Shown here piece by piece: positions 1 through 9,869 of a stretch of DNA of 64,000 bases. The notes beneath the pieces are model-generated. The model was not told where the DNA came from. It saw only the letters and a program-made list of their open reading frames with translations, and did no database searches. The position numbers and the translations under genes were made by a program. Position 1 is the stretch's first letter; each line of letters begins with the position of its first letter. Source of the stretch: Deltaproteobacteria bacterium. Lineage in GTDB: Bacteria > Desulfobacterota > Dissulfuribacteria > Dissulfuribacterales > QOAL01. Where the stretch lies: positions 7,639-71,638 of the forward strand of contig JALVJO010000021.1 of assembly GCA_027028245.1 (NCBI GenBank), written 5' to 3'.

Positions 1-120
1 GGCGTGAACGATCTTTCGGTAAAGCGGGCAGCATATGCAAGCTTTCTGAAAGATCACACCATAGACCAGCTTATCGCCAAGCTGGACGCTTATACCCAAA
101 AATGCGTCTCCCCTGCATGA
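1..120 (+). CDS. 3' end of unidentified gene (partial at window edge)
   Basis: Frame +1 is open from base 1 to TGA 118-120 (40 codons, ends ...LDAYTQKCVSPA). The stop overlaps an ATG at 117 (ATGA). No family recognised. It is absent from the ORF track because it has no start in the window. Confidence 0.35.
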   Translation, partial: GVNDLSVKRAAYASFLKDHTIDQLIAKLDAYTQKCVSPA

Positions 121-815
121 TTGAAAAGTCAGAAAAAATAAAGGCCGTCTTCTTCGATTACGGCGGCACCCTTGACGCCCAGGGGGTAGCCTGGAAGGAA
201 CGCTTCTATCCCTTGTATCTTCAGGCCGGCCTGAGGATAGAGCCGGACACTTTTGCCAGGGCTTTCTATGCCTCAGATGACAGCCTCGTTGCAGAAAATC
301 CCCGGCACCTCAACCTTTCGCAAATCGTACACGAGCAGGTAAAAAGGGTTCTCCTCCACCTTGGAACCCTTGAAAAAGGCCTTGAAAACCAGATTGCCTC
401 GAGGTTCCTGGCTGATTCCTTTTCTGCCATAGAAAGGAACAAGCCCCTTCTGAAAATGCTTAAAAAGCGTTTCAAGCTTGGGATTATTTCCAATAATTAC
501 GGCAACCTTGAAATGATATGCAGGGAAACCGGTCTGGATACCCTTTTGGACGTCATGGTAGATTCCAACCTGGTGGGATGCACGAAACCTGAGCCAAAGA
601 TCTTCTGGGCCGGGCTTGAGGCGCTGGAAACCGAGCCGTCTCGTGCAGTCATGGTGGGTGATTCCCTGGCCAGGGACATCAAGGGGGCAAAAGCCCTGGG
701 AATGAAGGCAGTTTGGCTTGATGGCACTGGCAATAATCCGTCCGGAAGGCAATGGGCCGGGGCATGTTGTGTCATCTCTGATCTCAAAAGGCTGCTGCCT
801 CTTTTAGGCCTCTGA
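102..815 (+). CDS. HAD-superfamily hydrolase
   Basis: 237 aa ORF. HAD motif I region AVFFDYGGTLD; C-terminal GDSLARDIKGAKALGM motif. An alternative ATG at 117 overlaps the upstream stop. Confidence 0.8.
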   Translation: MRLPCMIEKSEKIKAVFFDYGGTLDAQGVAWKERFYPLYLQAGLRIEPDTFARAFYASDDSLVAENPRHLNLSQIVHEQVKRVLLHLGTLEKGLENQIASRFLADSFSAIERNKPLLKMLKKRFKLGIISNNYGNLEMICRETGLDTLLDVMVDSNLVGCTKPEPKIFWAGLEALETEPSRAVMVGDSLARDIKGAKALGMKAVWLDGTGNNPSGRQWAGACCVISDLKRLLPLLGL

Positions 816-828
816 CAGGAAGACAGGC

Positions 829-1524
829 ATGGAGGGAGGAATAATTGCAGCCGGGCTGGGCAGCCGGTTCAAGGAAGCAGGGCTGGATACCCCCAAGCCT
901 CTCTTGGAAGTTGGAGGGCGCCCCCTTTTATACTGGACGCTCCAGCAGTTCAAGGATGCCGGGATAACAAGTATCCGCATCATATTCCGCAAGGCCATAT
1001 GCCGACAGTGCACTGATTTTGTTGAGGAAGCATTTCCGGAACTGGAGCTTAGTTTCATCTGCAAGGACACCGGAAGCTCTTCTGAAAGTTTCCTGACCCT
1101 CTTGAACAGCTGGGATTGCAGCAAAAGGGTCCTTGTTACCACGGTGGATTCCATCTATCTTCCAGGAATGCTGAAGCATTTCAGACAGCGTGCAGAAAGA
1201 TGCCGAAAAAACAGTTTGTTTCTCGGCATAACCTCCCATGTTGAAGATGAAAAACCGCTTTTCGTTGATCTTGACAGCGATTTTATAATCACTTCCATGG
1301 GACGCCCCCATGGGACATTTGTAACCACAGGGGCATATTTGCTTGAACCAGGTCTTGCCCAGGGGAAAGATCCCAAAGGATACAGCGCCCTCAGGATACT
1401 CCTCAAGGAGCTGGTACTTTCGCCCGGGATAACCGCATTCGGGGTGGACCTTGGAAAGGTGCTGGACGTGGACAGACCGGAAGATATCCTTTCGGCAGAA
1501 AGATTCATCAGAGCATTTACCTGA
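829..1524 (+). CDS. Nucleotidyltransferase (NTP_transferase fold, sugar-phosphate nucleotidylyltransferase-like)
   Basis: N-terminal GIIAAGLGSRF...TPKPLLEVGGRPLL signature. It lies 13 nt after the HAD gene. Confidence 0.75.
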   Translation: MEGGIIAAGLGSRFKEAGLDTPKPLLEVGGRPLLYWTLQQFKDAGITSIRIIFRKAICRQCTDFVEEAFPELELSFICKDTGSSSESFLTLLNSWDCSKRVLVTTVDSIYLPGMLKHFRQRAERCRKNSLFLGITSHVEDEKPLFVDLDSDFIITSMGRPHGTFVTTGAYLLEPGLAQGKDPKGYSALRILLKELVLSPGITAFGVDLGKVLDVDRPEDILSAERFIRAFT

Positions 1525-1593
1525 ATGGCTTTCAAGACACTCAAAAAATCCTTTCTTTAAATACATGCTGCAAGGTGCTTGACCGCTGCTTTC

Positions 1594-1622
1594 TTGACAA
1601 TAGAGCGGCAGTAGTTTAATAA
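1594..1622 (+). promoter_or_regulatory. Putative sigma70 promoter of the MipA/OmpV-like gene
   Basis: TTGACA (1594-1599), 17 nt spacer, TAATAA (1617-1622). AAAGGAGGA RBS at 1721-1729 before ATG 1735. Confidence 0.45.
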
Positions 1623-1734
1623 ATGAGTGTCTTGATCCCTGGAGATGCACTATTATTCAGTTTTTCCCCGAACTTGAAAACTTCTGAATATACAGTCTCA
1701 AACACTTTTCATAGATATTAAAAGGAGGAACCAT

Positions 1735-2565
1735 ATGAATAAAACCAAGACTCTAATTGCCGCCGCTCTTTGCATATTAATGACGGCAGCCCTTTTTTTC
1801 AGCAACTCTGTCAAGGCCCAGGAGATGAACCTGGTTATTGACAACATGCCCAGGGTCATAGGCGTGGGGGTGGGGATTGTGCCTGATTACGAAGGCTCCG
1901 ATGACTATACCTGGGGTGTTGCTCCCTTTGCCAAATTCAAGCTCCAGGACCATGAGCAGTATCTCCTTATCAAGGCCTATGAAATGCAGATCAATCTCAT
2001 TGATCATCCGTGGTTCCGCCTGGGACCGTCGCTCAACTACCGCTGGGGAAGGGATGACGACGTTGAAGACCATTATGTAAAAAAGATGAAGGAAATCGAC
2101 GGCACCGTTGAGGCAGGCGGCTGGGTAGGAGTTGAATTCACAGCAAGCGACAATCCCCGCAAGCGTTTTCTGGCTGATATAGACTGTCTGGCAGACGTGG
2201 CTAATGAACATGACGGATACACTGTTTCCGCAAATGTGAGGGGATGGTATCCGCTTTCCAGGATGTTTGATGCAGGCCTGGGTTTTACAGTGGTCTATGC
2301 AAGCGATAATTACATGAAGACCTATTTCGGCGTGGACAAAAAGGATTCAGAACGTTCAGGACTGCCTGTATTCGATGCTGACAGCGGCGTTAAGGACTTC
2401 AGGATCAACCCGACACTGGTAATGCACCTGAACATGAACTGGCATGTGGCTGCAGGGCTCCAGTACAGGCGCTTGCTGGATGATGCAGATGACAGCCCTG
2501 TAGTGGACAAAAGGGGTTCATCCGATCAGTGGATCGGAGGCCTTGGCCTGGCCTACAGCTGGTAA
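1735..2565 (+). CDS. MipA/OmpV family outer-membrane protein
   Basis: Signal peptide (LIAAALCILMTAALFFSNSVKA). GIVPDYEGSDDY motif and a C-terminal aromatic beta-barrel end (GLAYSW), typical of the MltA-interacting protein family. Confidence 0.75.
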   Translation: MNKTKTLIAAALCILMTAALFFSNSVKAQEMNLVIDNMPRVIGVGVGIVPDYEGSDDYTWGVAPFAKFKLQDHEQYLLIKAYEMQINLIDHPWFRLGPSLNYRWGRDDDVEDHYVKKMKEIDGTVEAGGWVGVEFTASDNPRKRFLADIDCLADVANEHDGYTVSANVRGWYPLSRMFDAGLGFTVVYASDNYMKTYFGVDKKDSERSGLPVFDADSGVKDFRINPTLVMHLNMNWHVAAGLQYRRLLDDADDSPVVDKRGSSDQWIGGLGLAYSW

Positions 2566-2585
2566 ATTAAAAGGAGCAAAATTAC

Positions 2586-3146
2586 ATGAACAAATTTACC
2601 AAAATCTTTCTCGTTACCCTTATGTCTGCAATGTTTCTGTCCGCAGGCAGCATGGCTGCTCTTGCTACTTCTGCTGCAGAACTGGACAGAGAGGTGATAA
2701 AGGCGCTTCACCAGCTCTACAGCACGGCTCCTGCTGCAGCCAAGCTCGGCAAAACGGCCAAGGGCATCCTGGTCTTTCCGAAGATCTACAAGGCAGGTTT
2801 CATAGTGGGGGCCCAGTACGGAGAAGGAGCACTTATAGTAAACAACAATATTGTAGGCTATTACAAGACCATGGGCGGCTCGTACGGGCTTCAGGCAGGA
2901 GCCCAGGCATTCGGCTATGCGCTTTTTTTCATGTCTGACAAGGCCCTCAAATATCTCCTTAACAGCCAAGGCTGGGAGATAGGAGTCGGGCCGAGCATCG
3001 TAGTGGTAGACCAGGGGGCGGCAACAAGCCTGACCACAACCACCGGCAAAGACAACATCTATGCCTTTTTCTTCAGTCAGAAGGGGCTCATGGCCGGCCT
3101 TGGTCTTCAGGGCAACAAGATCACGCAGTTCCAACCCGACAAGTAA
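2586..3146 (+). CDS. SYLF (Ysc84-like, DUF500) lipid-binding domain protein, secreted
   Basis: Signal peptide. Core KGILVFPKIYKAGFIVGAQYGEGALI...GGSYGLQAGAQAFGYALFFMSDKAL matches the SYLF domain pattern. Confidence 0.75.
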   Translation: MNKFTKIFLVTLMSAMFLSAGSMAALATSAAELDREVIKALHQLYSTAPAAAKLGKTAKGILVFPKIYKAGFIVGAQYGEGALIVNNNIVGYYKTMGGSYGLQAGAQAFGYALFFMSDKALKYLLNSQGWEIGVGPSIVVVDQGAATSLTTTTGKDNIYAFFFSQKGLMAGLGLQGNKITQFQPDK

Positions 3147-3207
3147 AAGACAGGGCTGATTCTGAAATTAATGTCGGGGGCGGCACATCAGGCATCATGC
3201 AAGCCTG

Positions 3208-3238
3208 AAAAAACGGCTCTACTGCCTGACAGAGCCGT
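3208..3238 (-). terminator. Rho-independent terminator at the end of the long minus-strand gene string
   Basis: On the minus strand: ACGGCTCT, 10 nt loop, AGAGCCGT, then TTTTT. The hairpin includes the TAG stop (3219-3221) of the dCMP deaminase gene. Confidence 0.6.
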
Positions 3239-3722
3239 CCCCGTCCAGATGGATGAGCTCTATGCCTGCCTCCTCCAGCATCTGTCTGGAAAGCTCATCC
3301 GGGTAGCCCTCCTGGAAATAGATCTTTCTGATACCGGCATTTATCAACATCTTGGTACATATGGAACAAGGCAGGTTGGTACAGTACAGAACCGCCCCTT
3401 CCACTGCGATTCCGTGAAAGGCCGCCTGGATAAGGACATTTTGTTCCGCGTGAAGGGCCCGGCACAGCTCGTGTCTTTGGCCGCTTTTTACTCCAAGCTG
3501 CTCCCTCAGGCATCCTGTTTCAAGACAGTGACTGAGCCCGGCAGGTGCTCCGTTGTAGCCGGTGCAAAGAATCCTTTTCCCCTTGACAAGAATTGCTCCC
3601 ACCTTACGCCTGAGACAGGTTGAACGCTCTGCCACGAGCCTGGTTATGGACATGAAATACTGGTCCCAGGAGGGCCTTTCATGTAGAGACGGAGGAGAGG
3701 ATTTTCCAGTGATGTCTTTCAC
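3219..3722 (-). CDS. Deoxycytidylate (dCMP) deaminase, ComEB-type
   Basis: Zinc-deaminase motifs HAEQNVL and [15 protein letters not shown]-terminal PSWDQYFM typical of dCMP deaminases. Confidence 0.9.
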   Translation of the reverse strand: MKDITGKSSPPSLHERPSWDQYFMSITRLVAERSTCLRRKVGAILVKGKRILCTGYNGAPAGLSHCLETGCLREQLGVKSGQRHELCRALHAEQNVLIQAAFHGIAVEGAVLYCTNLPCSICTKMLINAGIRKIYFQEGYPDELSRQMLEEAGIELIHLDGDGSVRQ

Positions 3723-3730
3723 CTTTGATC

Positions 3731-5032
3731 TTAACTGCCGTATTCCTCCATGGTAGCCTTGTATCTGGCAAGTCTTTCTTCATAAAGGGGATAGGCCCGG
3801 CATATCTCACGGATTTCCTGTCTGATTTTTTCTTCAAGGCCTTCATCCCCGGGATTAAGGAGGAGATCTGCTATGAAATTGCCCACCCTTTCCATCTCAT
3901 CCTCCTTGAGCCCCCTGGTGGTAACAGCAGGGGTCCCTATTCTAATGCCGCTTGTCACACGGGGAGGCTTGGGATCAAAGGGAATGGCATTTTTGTTCAC
4001 TGTGATGCCTGCCCGTTCCAGTATTTGTTCCGCTTCTGCACCGGTAAGATCCTTGCTGGAAAGATCCACCAGAATGAGATGATTGTCCGTACCGCCGGAT
4101 ACAAGCCTGAAGCCCCTCTCCTTTAATACTTCTGCCAATTTTGCGGCATTTGCTACTATCTGCTGGCAGTAGAACTTGAATTCATCGCCCAGGGCCTGCT
4201 GAAACGCCACGGCCTTTGCAGCTATCACGTGCATCAGGGGGCCGCCCTGGATCCCAGGGAATATCTGGCTGTTGAGGAGTCTTGAAAATTCTTCCCTGGA
4301 AAGGATGAAGCCGCCTCTGGGCCCGCGAAGGGTCTTGTGGGTAGTGGAAGTGACGAAATCTGCAAAAGGAACAGGAGAAGGATGGATGCCTGCTGCAACC
4401 AGCCCTGCAATGTGGGCCATATCCACCATGAAATACGCCCCATTTTCCTGGGCTATGGCCTGAAAGGAGGCAAAATCTATGGTCCTTGGATAAGCGCTGG
4501 CCCCGGCAACTATCATCCTGGGTTTATGTTCCCTGGCCTTTTCTGCCACCTGATCCATGTCAATGGTTTCGGTATCGGCACTTACCCCGTAATGGACCAC
4601 ATTAAAGAGCCTGCCTGAAAAACTGACAGAGGAGCCGTGAGACAGGTGACCTCCATGTGCCAGGTCCATGGAAAGGATGGTATCACCTGGGTTCAGTGCA
4701 GCAAAATATACGGCCATGTTGGCTTGGCTGCCCGAATGAGGTTGGACATTGGCAAATTCAGAGCCAAAAAGCATGTTAAGACGGTCAATGGCAAGCTGCT
4801 CCACCGTATCCATGTTTTCACAGCCGCCGTAATAGCGGCGCCCCGGATAACCCTCGGCATACTTGTTCATGAATACGCTGCCTTCAGCCTGCATTACCGC
4901 CTCGCTGACAAAATTTTCCGAGGCTATCATCTCGAGCTGGCTGGTCTGACGTTTTATCTCCGACCAGAGGGCCTTGAATACCTGAGGATCAGTCCTGCAT
5001 AATTCTTTCACTTCCTGCTCCCAAAATTCCAT
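3731..5032 (-). CDS. glyA: Serine hydroxymethyltransferase
   Basis: [19 protein letters not shown] and [14 protein letters not shown] (PLP-lysine) motifs. The ORF track start is 5062; the internal ATG at 5032 (MEFWEQEV...) gives a more typical N-terminus. Confidence 0.93.
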   Translation of the reverse strand: MEFWEQEVKELCRTDPQVFKALWSEIKRQTSQLEMIASENFVSEAVMQAEGSVFMNKYAEGYPGRRYYGGCENMDTVEQLAIDRLNMLFGSEFANVQPHSGSQANMAVYFAALNPGDTILSMDLAHGGHLSHGSSVSFSGRLFNVVHYGVSADTETIDMDQVAEKAREHKPRMIVAGASAYPRTIDFASFQAIAQENGAYFMVDMAHIAGLVAAGIHPSPVPFADFVTSTTHKTLRGPRGGFILSREEFSRLLNSQIFPGIQGGPLMHVIAAKAVAFQQALGDEFKFYCQQIVANAAKLAEVLKERGFRLVSGGTDNHLILVDLSSKDLTGAEAEQILERAGITVNKNAIPFDPKPPRVTSGIRIGTPAVTTRGLKEDEMERVGNFIADLLLNPGDEGLEEKIRQEIREICRAYPLYEERLARYKATMEEYGS

Positions 5033-5120
5033 GCAGCCTGTTGTTGGCCTGCAGCCATGCATTGAAAGAAACTGAAATTGCTGGATATTTTCATGAAAAG
5101 ATTTTTCCCCGGCCCTGCAT

Positions 5121-5552
5121 TTATGCCGGATCTATGAGGGCAAGTCTTCGTTTGTGCCTTCCCTCTTCAAAAGGGGTCGTCAGCCAGATTTTAACCATTT
5201 CCAGGGCCAGCTCCGAACCGATAACCCTGCCGCCCATGCATAAAACATTTGAATCATTGTGAAGCCTGCTCATCTTCGCGGTAAAGAGCTCATGGCAGAG
5301 GGCCGCCCTGATACCCCGTTTCCTGTTGGCTGCAATGGACATCCCTATGCCGGTTCCGCAAATAAGAATACCCCTTTCTGCACGGCCGCCTAGGACAAGG
5401 TCGGTTACTGCCTGGGCCTGTTCCGGGTAATCAACGGAATCCCTTGAGAAACATCCAACGTCTTCCAGCTCATGGCCCATTTCTGCGATAAAGGGTTTCA
5501 GGAATACCTTGAGTTCGTATCCGCCGTGATCAGAGCCAATGGCAATCTTCAT
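5121..5552 (-). CDS. rpiB: Ribose-5-phosphate isomerase B
   Basis: [15 protein letters not shown]...[14 protein letters not shown]...NVLCMGGRV, the classic RpiB/LacAB pattern. 143 aa. Confidence 0.93.
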   Translation of the reverse strand: MKIAIGSDHGGYELKVFLKPFIAEMGHELEDVGCFSRDSVDYPEQAQAVTDLVLGGRAERGILICGTGIGMSIAANRKRGIRAALCHELFTAKMSRLHNDSNVLCMGGRVIGSELALEMVKIWLTTPFEEGRHKRRLALIDPA

Positions 5553-5578
5553 GAGATCTTTCCTGCCTTTCAGGGCGC

Positions 5579-6832
5579 TTATTGAAATTTTTTAAAGATC
5601 AAGACCCCATTTGTCCCGCCAAATCCGAAAGAGTTGCTCATCACAGTTCGAATATCTGCTGACCTTGCCTCGTTGGGCACGTAATCCAGGTCGCATTCGG
5701 GATCGGGATTTTCATAATTTATGGTTGGCGGAATCAATCCATCCATAAGGGTCTTGATGCTGAAAACAGCTTCTATGCCTCCGGCACCTCCAAGAAGATG
5801 CCCTGTCATGGACTTGGTGGAACTTACCGGGATCTTGTATGCATGATCTTGAAAGACCTGCTTGATGGCACTGGTTTCGCAGCTGTCATTAAGAGGCGTG
5901 CTGGTGCCGTGGGCATTGATATAATCCACGTCCTCGGGGCTCATTCCCGCATCCTTGAGTGCTTCTTTCATGCACCTGGCCCCGCCCTCTCCGTCGGCAG
6001 GAGGTGCAGTCATATGATATGCGTCACCAGTCACGCCGAAACCGCATATTTCTCCAAGGATCCGGGCGCCCCTTTTTTCCGCATGTTCCAGGCTCTCAAG
6101 TATCATCATCCCTGACCCCTCGCCTATGACAAACCCGTCCCTGTCCCTGTCAAAGGGCCGTGAAGCGCGCTCCGGATCATCGTTTCTGGTGGAAAGGGCC
6201 TTGAGGGAGGAAAAACCTGCAAGGGCAAGTTCTGTGATTACTGCTTCCGTGCCTCCGCAGAACATGGCATCTGCTGTCCCCCTCTGGATTTCCTTGAAGG
6301 CCTGGCCGATTGCATGGGTCCCGGCGGCGCAGGCTGTGCATACGACAGTGTTGGGCCCCTTGGCATTGAAAAGTATGGAGATCTGGCCAGAGGCCATGTT
6401 TGGAATAGCCATGGGAATGAAGAAAGGGCTCACCCTTCTTGGCCCCCTGCTTACCAGCACGTCCCTGAAATATTCTATGCTGCCCAGGCCGCCAAGCCCG
6501 CACCCGGTGATAACCCCGATACGGTCCGGGTTCATATCCGCCGTTTCCAGCCCGGAATCCTCCCAGGCCATGCGCGAAGCCGCTATGGCGTACTGAACGA
6601 AAGGGTCAAGCCTTCTGACCAGCTTCCTGGGCATGAACTCTTCAGGCTTAAAGCCCTTTACTTCCGCTGCGATCCGGCATGAATAGCCTTCTGTGGAAAA
6701 CTTGGTAACAGGCCCTATGCCTGACCTGCCCTCTACGATGCTTGACCAGCTGTCATCTACTCCGATTCCAACAGGCGTAATCAGGCCAAGGCCCGTGACC
6801 ACTACCCTGCGGTCAGATGCATAATTACCCAT
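5579..6832 (-). CDS. fabF: Beta-ketoacyl-ACP synthase II
   Basis: RRVVVTGLG, active-site [14 protein letters not shown] and the GHLLGGAGG...FGFGGTN C-terminus. Confidence 0.95.
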   Translation of the reverse strand: MGNYASDRRVVVTGLGLITPVGIGVDDSWSSIVEGRSGIGPVTKFSTEGYSCRIAAEVKGFKPEEFMPRKLVRRLDPFVQYAIAASRMAWEDSGLETADMNPDRIGVITGCGLGGLGSIEYFRDVLVSRGPRRVSPFFIPMAIPNMASGQISILFNAKGPNTVVCTACAAGTHAIGQAFKEIQRGTADAMFCGGTEAVITELALAGFSSLKALSTRNDDPERASRPFDRDRDGFVIGEGSGMMILESLEHAEKRGARILGEICGFGVTGDAYHMTAPPADGEGGARCMKEALKDAGMSPEDVDYINAHGTSTPLNDSCETSAIKQVFQDHAYKIPVSSTKSMTGHLLGGAGGIEAVFSIKTLMDGLIPPTINYENPDPECDLDYVPNEARSADIRTVMSNSFGFGGTNGVLIFKKFQ

Positions 6833-6853
6833 GAAAGAAATTCCCCGGGGGAT

Positions 6854-7087
6854 CTATCCCATGTGCTGTTTTACGTAATCGATTGTATCCTTGACAGTCT
6901 GAAGCTTTTCTGCGTCCTCGTCGGCTATTTCCATGCCGAATTCTTCCTCCATGGCCATGACAAGCTCCACCAGATCAAGAGAATCTGCTCCAAGATCGTC
7001 GGTAAAAGAGGCCTGAGGAACCACCTTTTCCTTTGGAACGCTGAGCTGGCTCGATATGATTTCCGTTATCTTTTCCTGAACATCCAT
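6854..7087 (-). CDS. acpP: Acyl carrier protein
   Basis: [20 protein letters not shown] phosphopantetheine-site motif. Start chosen at ATG 7087 (GGAGG 10 nt upstream), because the track's TTG at 7096 is only 1 nt after the SD. Confidence 0.93.
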   Translation of the reverse strand: MDVQEKITEIISSQLSVPKEKVVPQASFTDDLGADSLDLVELVMAMEEEFGMEIADEDAEKLQTVKDTIDYVKQHMG

Positions 7088-7118
7088 TTTCTTCAATCCT
7101 CCTGAATAAATATATCAA

Positions 7119-7874
7119 TTACTGGCAGACCAGGCCGCCGTTTACGTGAAACGTGTGTCCGGTGACATAGGATGCAGCCTCCGATGCAAGAAAACCCACT
7201 GGCCCTGCGATCTCTTCTGGAACGCCCATTCTTCCCGCTGGAATCTGGGCCAGGAGACCAGTCTTTATCTTTTCTGGAAGGCCGGCTGTCATGTCGGTCT
7301 CGATAAATCCAGGTGCCACCAGGTTGACTGTAATACCCCTTGCGGCCATTTCCCTTGCAGCAGTGCGTGTAAGACCTTCAAGCCCGGCCTTTGCGGCACT
7401 ATAGTTTGCCTGGCCGATGTTGCCCGTGGTTCCCACAACAGAACCTATGTTTATAATGCGGCCCCAGCGGCTTTTCATCATGGCCATGGCACATGCCTGT
7501 ATGCAGTTGAATGCCCCCTTGAGATTGACGTTCATTACCTGGTCCCAGTCGGCCTCCTTCATCCTTGCCAGTAGTCCGTCACGCGTAATCCCCGCGTTGT
7601 TTACAAGAACCTGGACTGGACCGTATTCCTTTATGAGACCAGACACTGCACCCTTTACAGCCTGGGCATCCGAAACGTCGAAGGGACATAGGACAGCCTG
7701 TCCTCCAGCTGCCTCGATTTCAGAAAGCACCTTCTGGGCTGCCTCCTTGTTGCTGGTAAAATTTATGAACACCCGGGCGCCCATGGCGGCCAGTTTCAGG
7801 CATATGGCCCGTCCGATCCCCCTGGACCCTCCTGTGACCAGTGCATTTTTCCCTTCAAGATCTCTTCCGGGCAT
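7119..7874 (-). CDS. fabG: 3-oxoacyl-ACP reductase
   Basis: SDR motifs TGGSRGIGRA, NNAG and YSAAKAG. ATG 7874 shares a base with the etfA stop (TGATG). Confidence 0.93.
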   Translation of the reverse strand: MPGRDLEGKNALVTGGSRGIGRAICLKLAAMGARVFINFTSNKEAAQKVLSEIEAAGGQAVLCPFDVSDAQAVKGAVSGLIKEYGPVQVLVNNAGITRDGLLARMKEADWDQVMNVNLKGAFNCIQACAMAMMKSRWGRIINIGSVVGTTGNIGQANYSAAKAGLEGLTRTAAREMAARGITVNLVAPGFIETDMTAGLPEKIKTGLLAQIPAGRMGVPEEIAGPVGFLASEAASYVTGHTFHVNGGLVCQ

Positions 7875-9079
7875 CAATCATTCCCCCGTTCCTGACAAAT
7901 TCGGCGTACCAGCAGGGGAAGAATATCCTTGACATCCCCTACTATTCCGTATGTGGCCACATCAAAAACAGGCGCATCAGGGTCCTTGTTGACTGCCACA
8001 ATAATCTCCGAACCCTGCATTCCCACAAGATGCTGTATTGCGCCGCTGACCCCGAAGCCCATGTACAACTTGGGAGAGACAGTGACCCCGGTCTGGCCTA
8101 TCTGGCAGCGTCCAGGCAGCCATTCAGCATCCGTGACCGCCCTTGTGGCACCTACTCCGCCTTCCATGCAATGGGCGAGTTTCTCAATAAGTGCTATGTT
8201 TTTTGGGTTTTCAACACCTCTTCCCGCGGTAATTACTACCTCGGCCTCTGTGAGCATGGGTCCCTCTGCCTCTTCCATCACCGATTCCAGGACCTTTATG
8301 TTGCTTTTAAGCAGATCTTCGTGGGGGTCGATCTTTATGACTTCTCCCTGCCTCGAAGCATCGGGTTCCATGGCCTTCAAGACATGAGGCCTCACAGTGG
8401 CCATCTGCGGTCGTGTGGAATCGCAAATGATGGTCGCCATGAGGTTTCCGCCAAATGCCGGCCTCGTCTGGAGCAGGTCTCTTCCTTCCGGGGCTATCTC
8501 TAAACCTGTACAGTCTGCAGTAAGACCGGTTTCCAGGATGGTTGCCACCTGGGGTATAAAGGCCCGGCCCATTGCAGTAGCTCCTGCAAGGATGATCTCC
8601 GGTTTTTCCTTCTGGGCCATGTCAGCCAGTATCCTGGCGTAGACATCATCCAGAAACTGTTCCAGCCTAGGACTGTCTACCACAAGCACCTTGTCAGCGC
8701 CCCTTTCTATGAGGGACTCGGCATATTCACCCACACCGCTGCCCATGAGAACGGCGGTAAGATCCGTCTCAAGATCATCTGCCAGCTGTCTGCCCTTGCC
8801 CAGAAGTTCAAATGTGACCGGGGCGAATCTATCGTGCCTGAACTCAGCAACCACCCAGACGCCCCGCCACGCATCAAGGTCCATGCCCCCTGCCGGGCTG
8901 ATGTCCTCTCCCTCTATTTCTATTGCCCCTTCGGGACAGGCCTCTTCACAGGCACCGCACAACGTACATGTATCCGGGTCAACAACGGCCTTTTCATCCA
9001 CTATGGATATTGCACCAAAGGTGCAGACATCCTCGCACTCGCCGCAGCCCACGCATTTTTCGAGATCTACAACTACCAT
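7874..9079 (-). CDS. etfA: Electron transfer flavoprotein alpha subunit with N-terminal 2x[4Fe-4S] ferredoxin domain (CarE/FixB-like)
   Basis: N-terminus has two CxxCxxCxxxC(P) motifs (CVGCGECEDVC; CTLCGACEEACP). The rest is a typical EtfA (VVITAGRGV...PKLYMGFGVSGAIQHLVGM). ATG 9079 overlaps the etfB stop (TGATG). Confidence 0.9.
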   Translation of the reverse strand: MVVVDLEKCVGCGECEDVCTFGAISIVDEKAVVDPDTCTLCGACEEACPEGAIEIEGEDISPAGGMDLDAWRGVWVVAEFRHDRFAPVTFELLGKGRQLADDLETDLTAVLMGSGVGEYAESLIERGADKVLVVDSPRLEQFLDDVYARILADMAQKEKPEIILAGATAMGRAFIPQVATILETGLTADCTGLEIAPEGRDLLQTRPAFGGNLMATIICDSTRPQMATVRPHVLKAMEPDASRQGEVIKIDPHEDLLKSNIKVLESVMEEAEGPMLTEAEVVITAGRGVENPKNIALIEKLAHCMEGGVGATRAVTDAEWLPGRCQIGQTGVTVSPKLYMGFGVSGAIQHLVGMQGSEIIVAVNKDPDAPVFDVATYGIVGDVKDILPLLVRRICQERGND

Positions 9080-9867
9080 CAAATGATCCCTGCTTCCTTT
9101 AATTTATCAACCAGGGCATCCACCTGCTCTTCTGCCGTACCAGGCAGCATCTCCCGCCTGGCCTCGAACTTGGGAATATGAGTGGAAAATACCTTGGTGG
9201 GAGAACCGGCAAGACCGATCTTATCCTTTTGTGCCCCGATATCCTCTGCACTCCAAAGGGGAATATCCGCCTTCCTGGCCCTCATCTTGCCCTTTAGAGA
9301 CGGAACGCGCGGAGTGTTAAGAGATGCCAGAACAGTAAGAAGGACCGGGAAACCTACTTCCACAACATCGTAGCCCTGCTCGCACATGCGCTTTACCCTG
9401 AGCCCCGCGCCTCCTTCCATTATTTCCATCTCTCCCACACAAGTGACGCAGGGAAGACCCAGCCTTACGGCAAGTCCTGGCCCCACCTGGGCGGTATCTC
9501 CGTCAATGGCCTGCTTGCCGCAAAAAACAGCGTCCACGCTGCCCAGTTTGCGGATGGCCCGGGAGAGGGTATAGGTGGTGGCAAGGGTATCTGCGCCTGC
9601 AAATGCCCTGTCAGAGATGACGACTCCGTGGTCAACACCCATGGACATTGCTTCCCTTATGGCATCCTGTGCCTGGGGCGGCCCCATGGTAACAGCCGTG
9701 ACCTTACCGCCGAGCTCGTCCCTGAGGCTCAGGGCGGCTTCTATGGCATTGTAGTCAAAGGGGTTGATTACACTCTGTACTCCGTCCCTGATAAGGGTGC
9801 CTGTCTTGTGGTCCCATTTGACGCTTGCAGCGTCTGGGACCTGTTTTATGCAGACTACGATATCCAT
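9079..9867 (-). CDS. etfB: Electron transfer flavoprotein beta subunit
   Basis: MDIVVCIKQVPD...INPFDYNAIEAAL...AVFCGKQAIDGDTAQVGP, the canonical EtfB pattern. It starts 2 nt after the ACAD stop. Confidence 0.92.
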   Translation of the reverse strand: MDIVVCIKQVPDAASVKWDHKTGTLIRDGVQSVINPFDYNAIEAALSLRDELGGKVTAVTMGPPQAQDAIREAMSMGVDHGVVISDRAFAGADTLATTYTLSRAIRKLGSVDAVFCGKQAIDGDTAQVGPGLAVRLGLPCVTCVGEMEIMEGGAGLRVKRMCEQGYDVVEVGFPVLLTVLASLNTPRVPSLKGKMRARKADIPLWSAEDIGAQKDKIGLAGSPTKVFSTHIPKFEARREMLPGTAEEQVDALVDKLKEAGII

Positions 9868-9869
9868 GA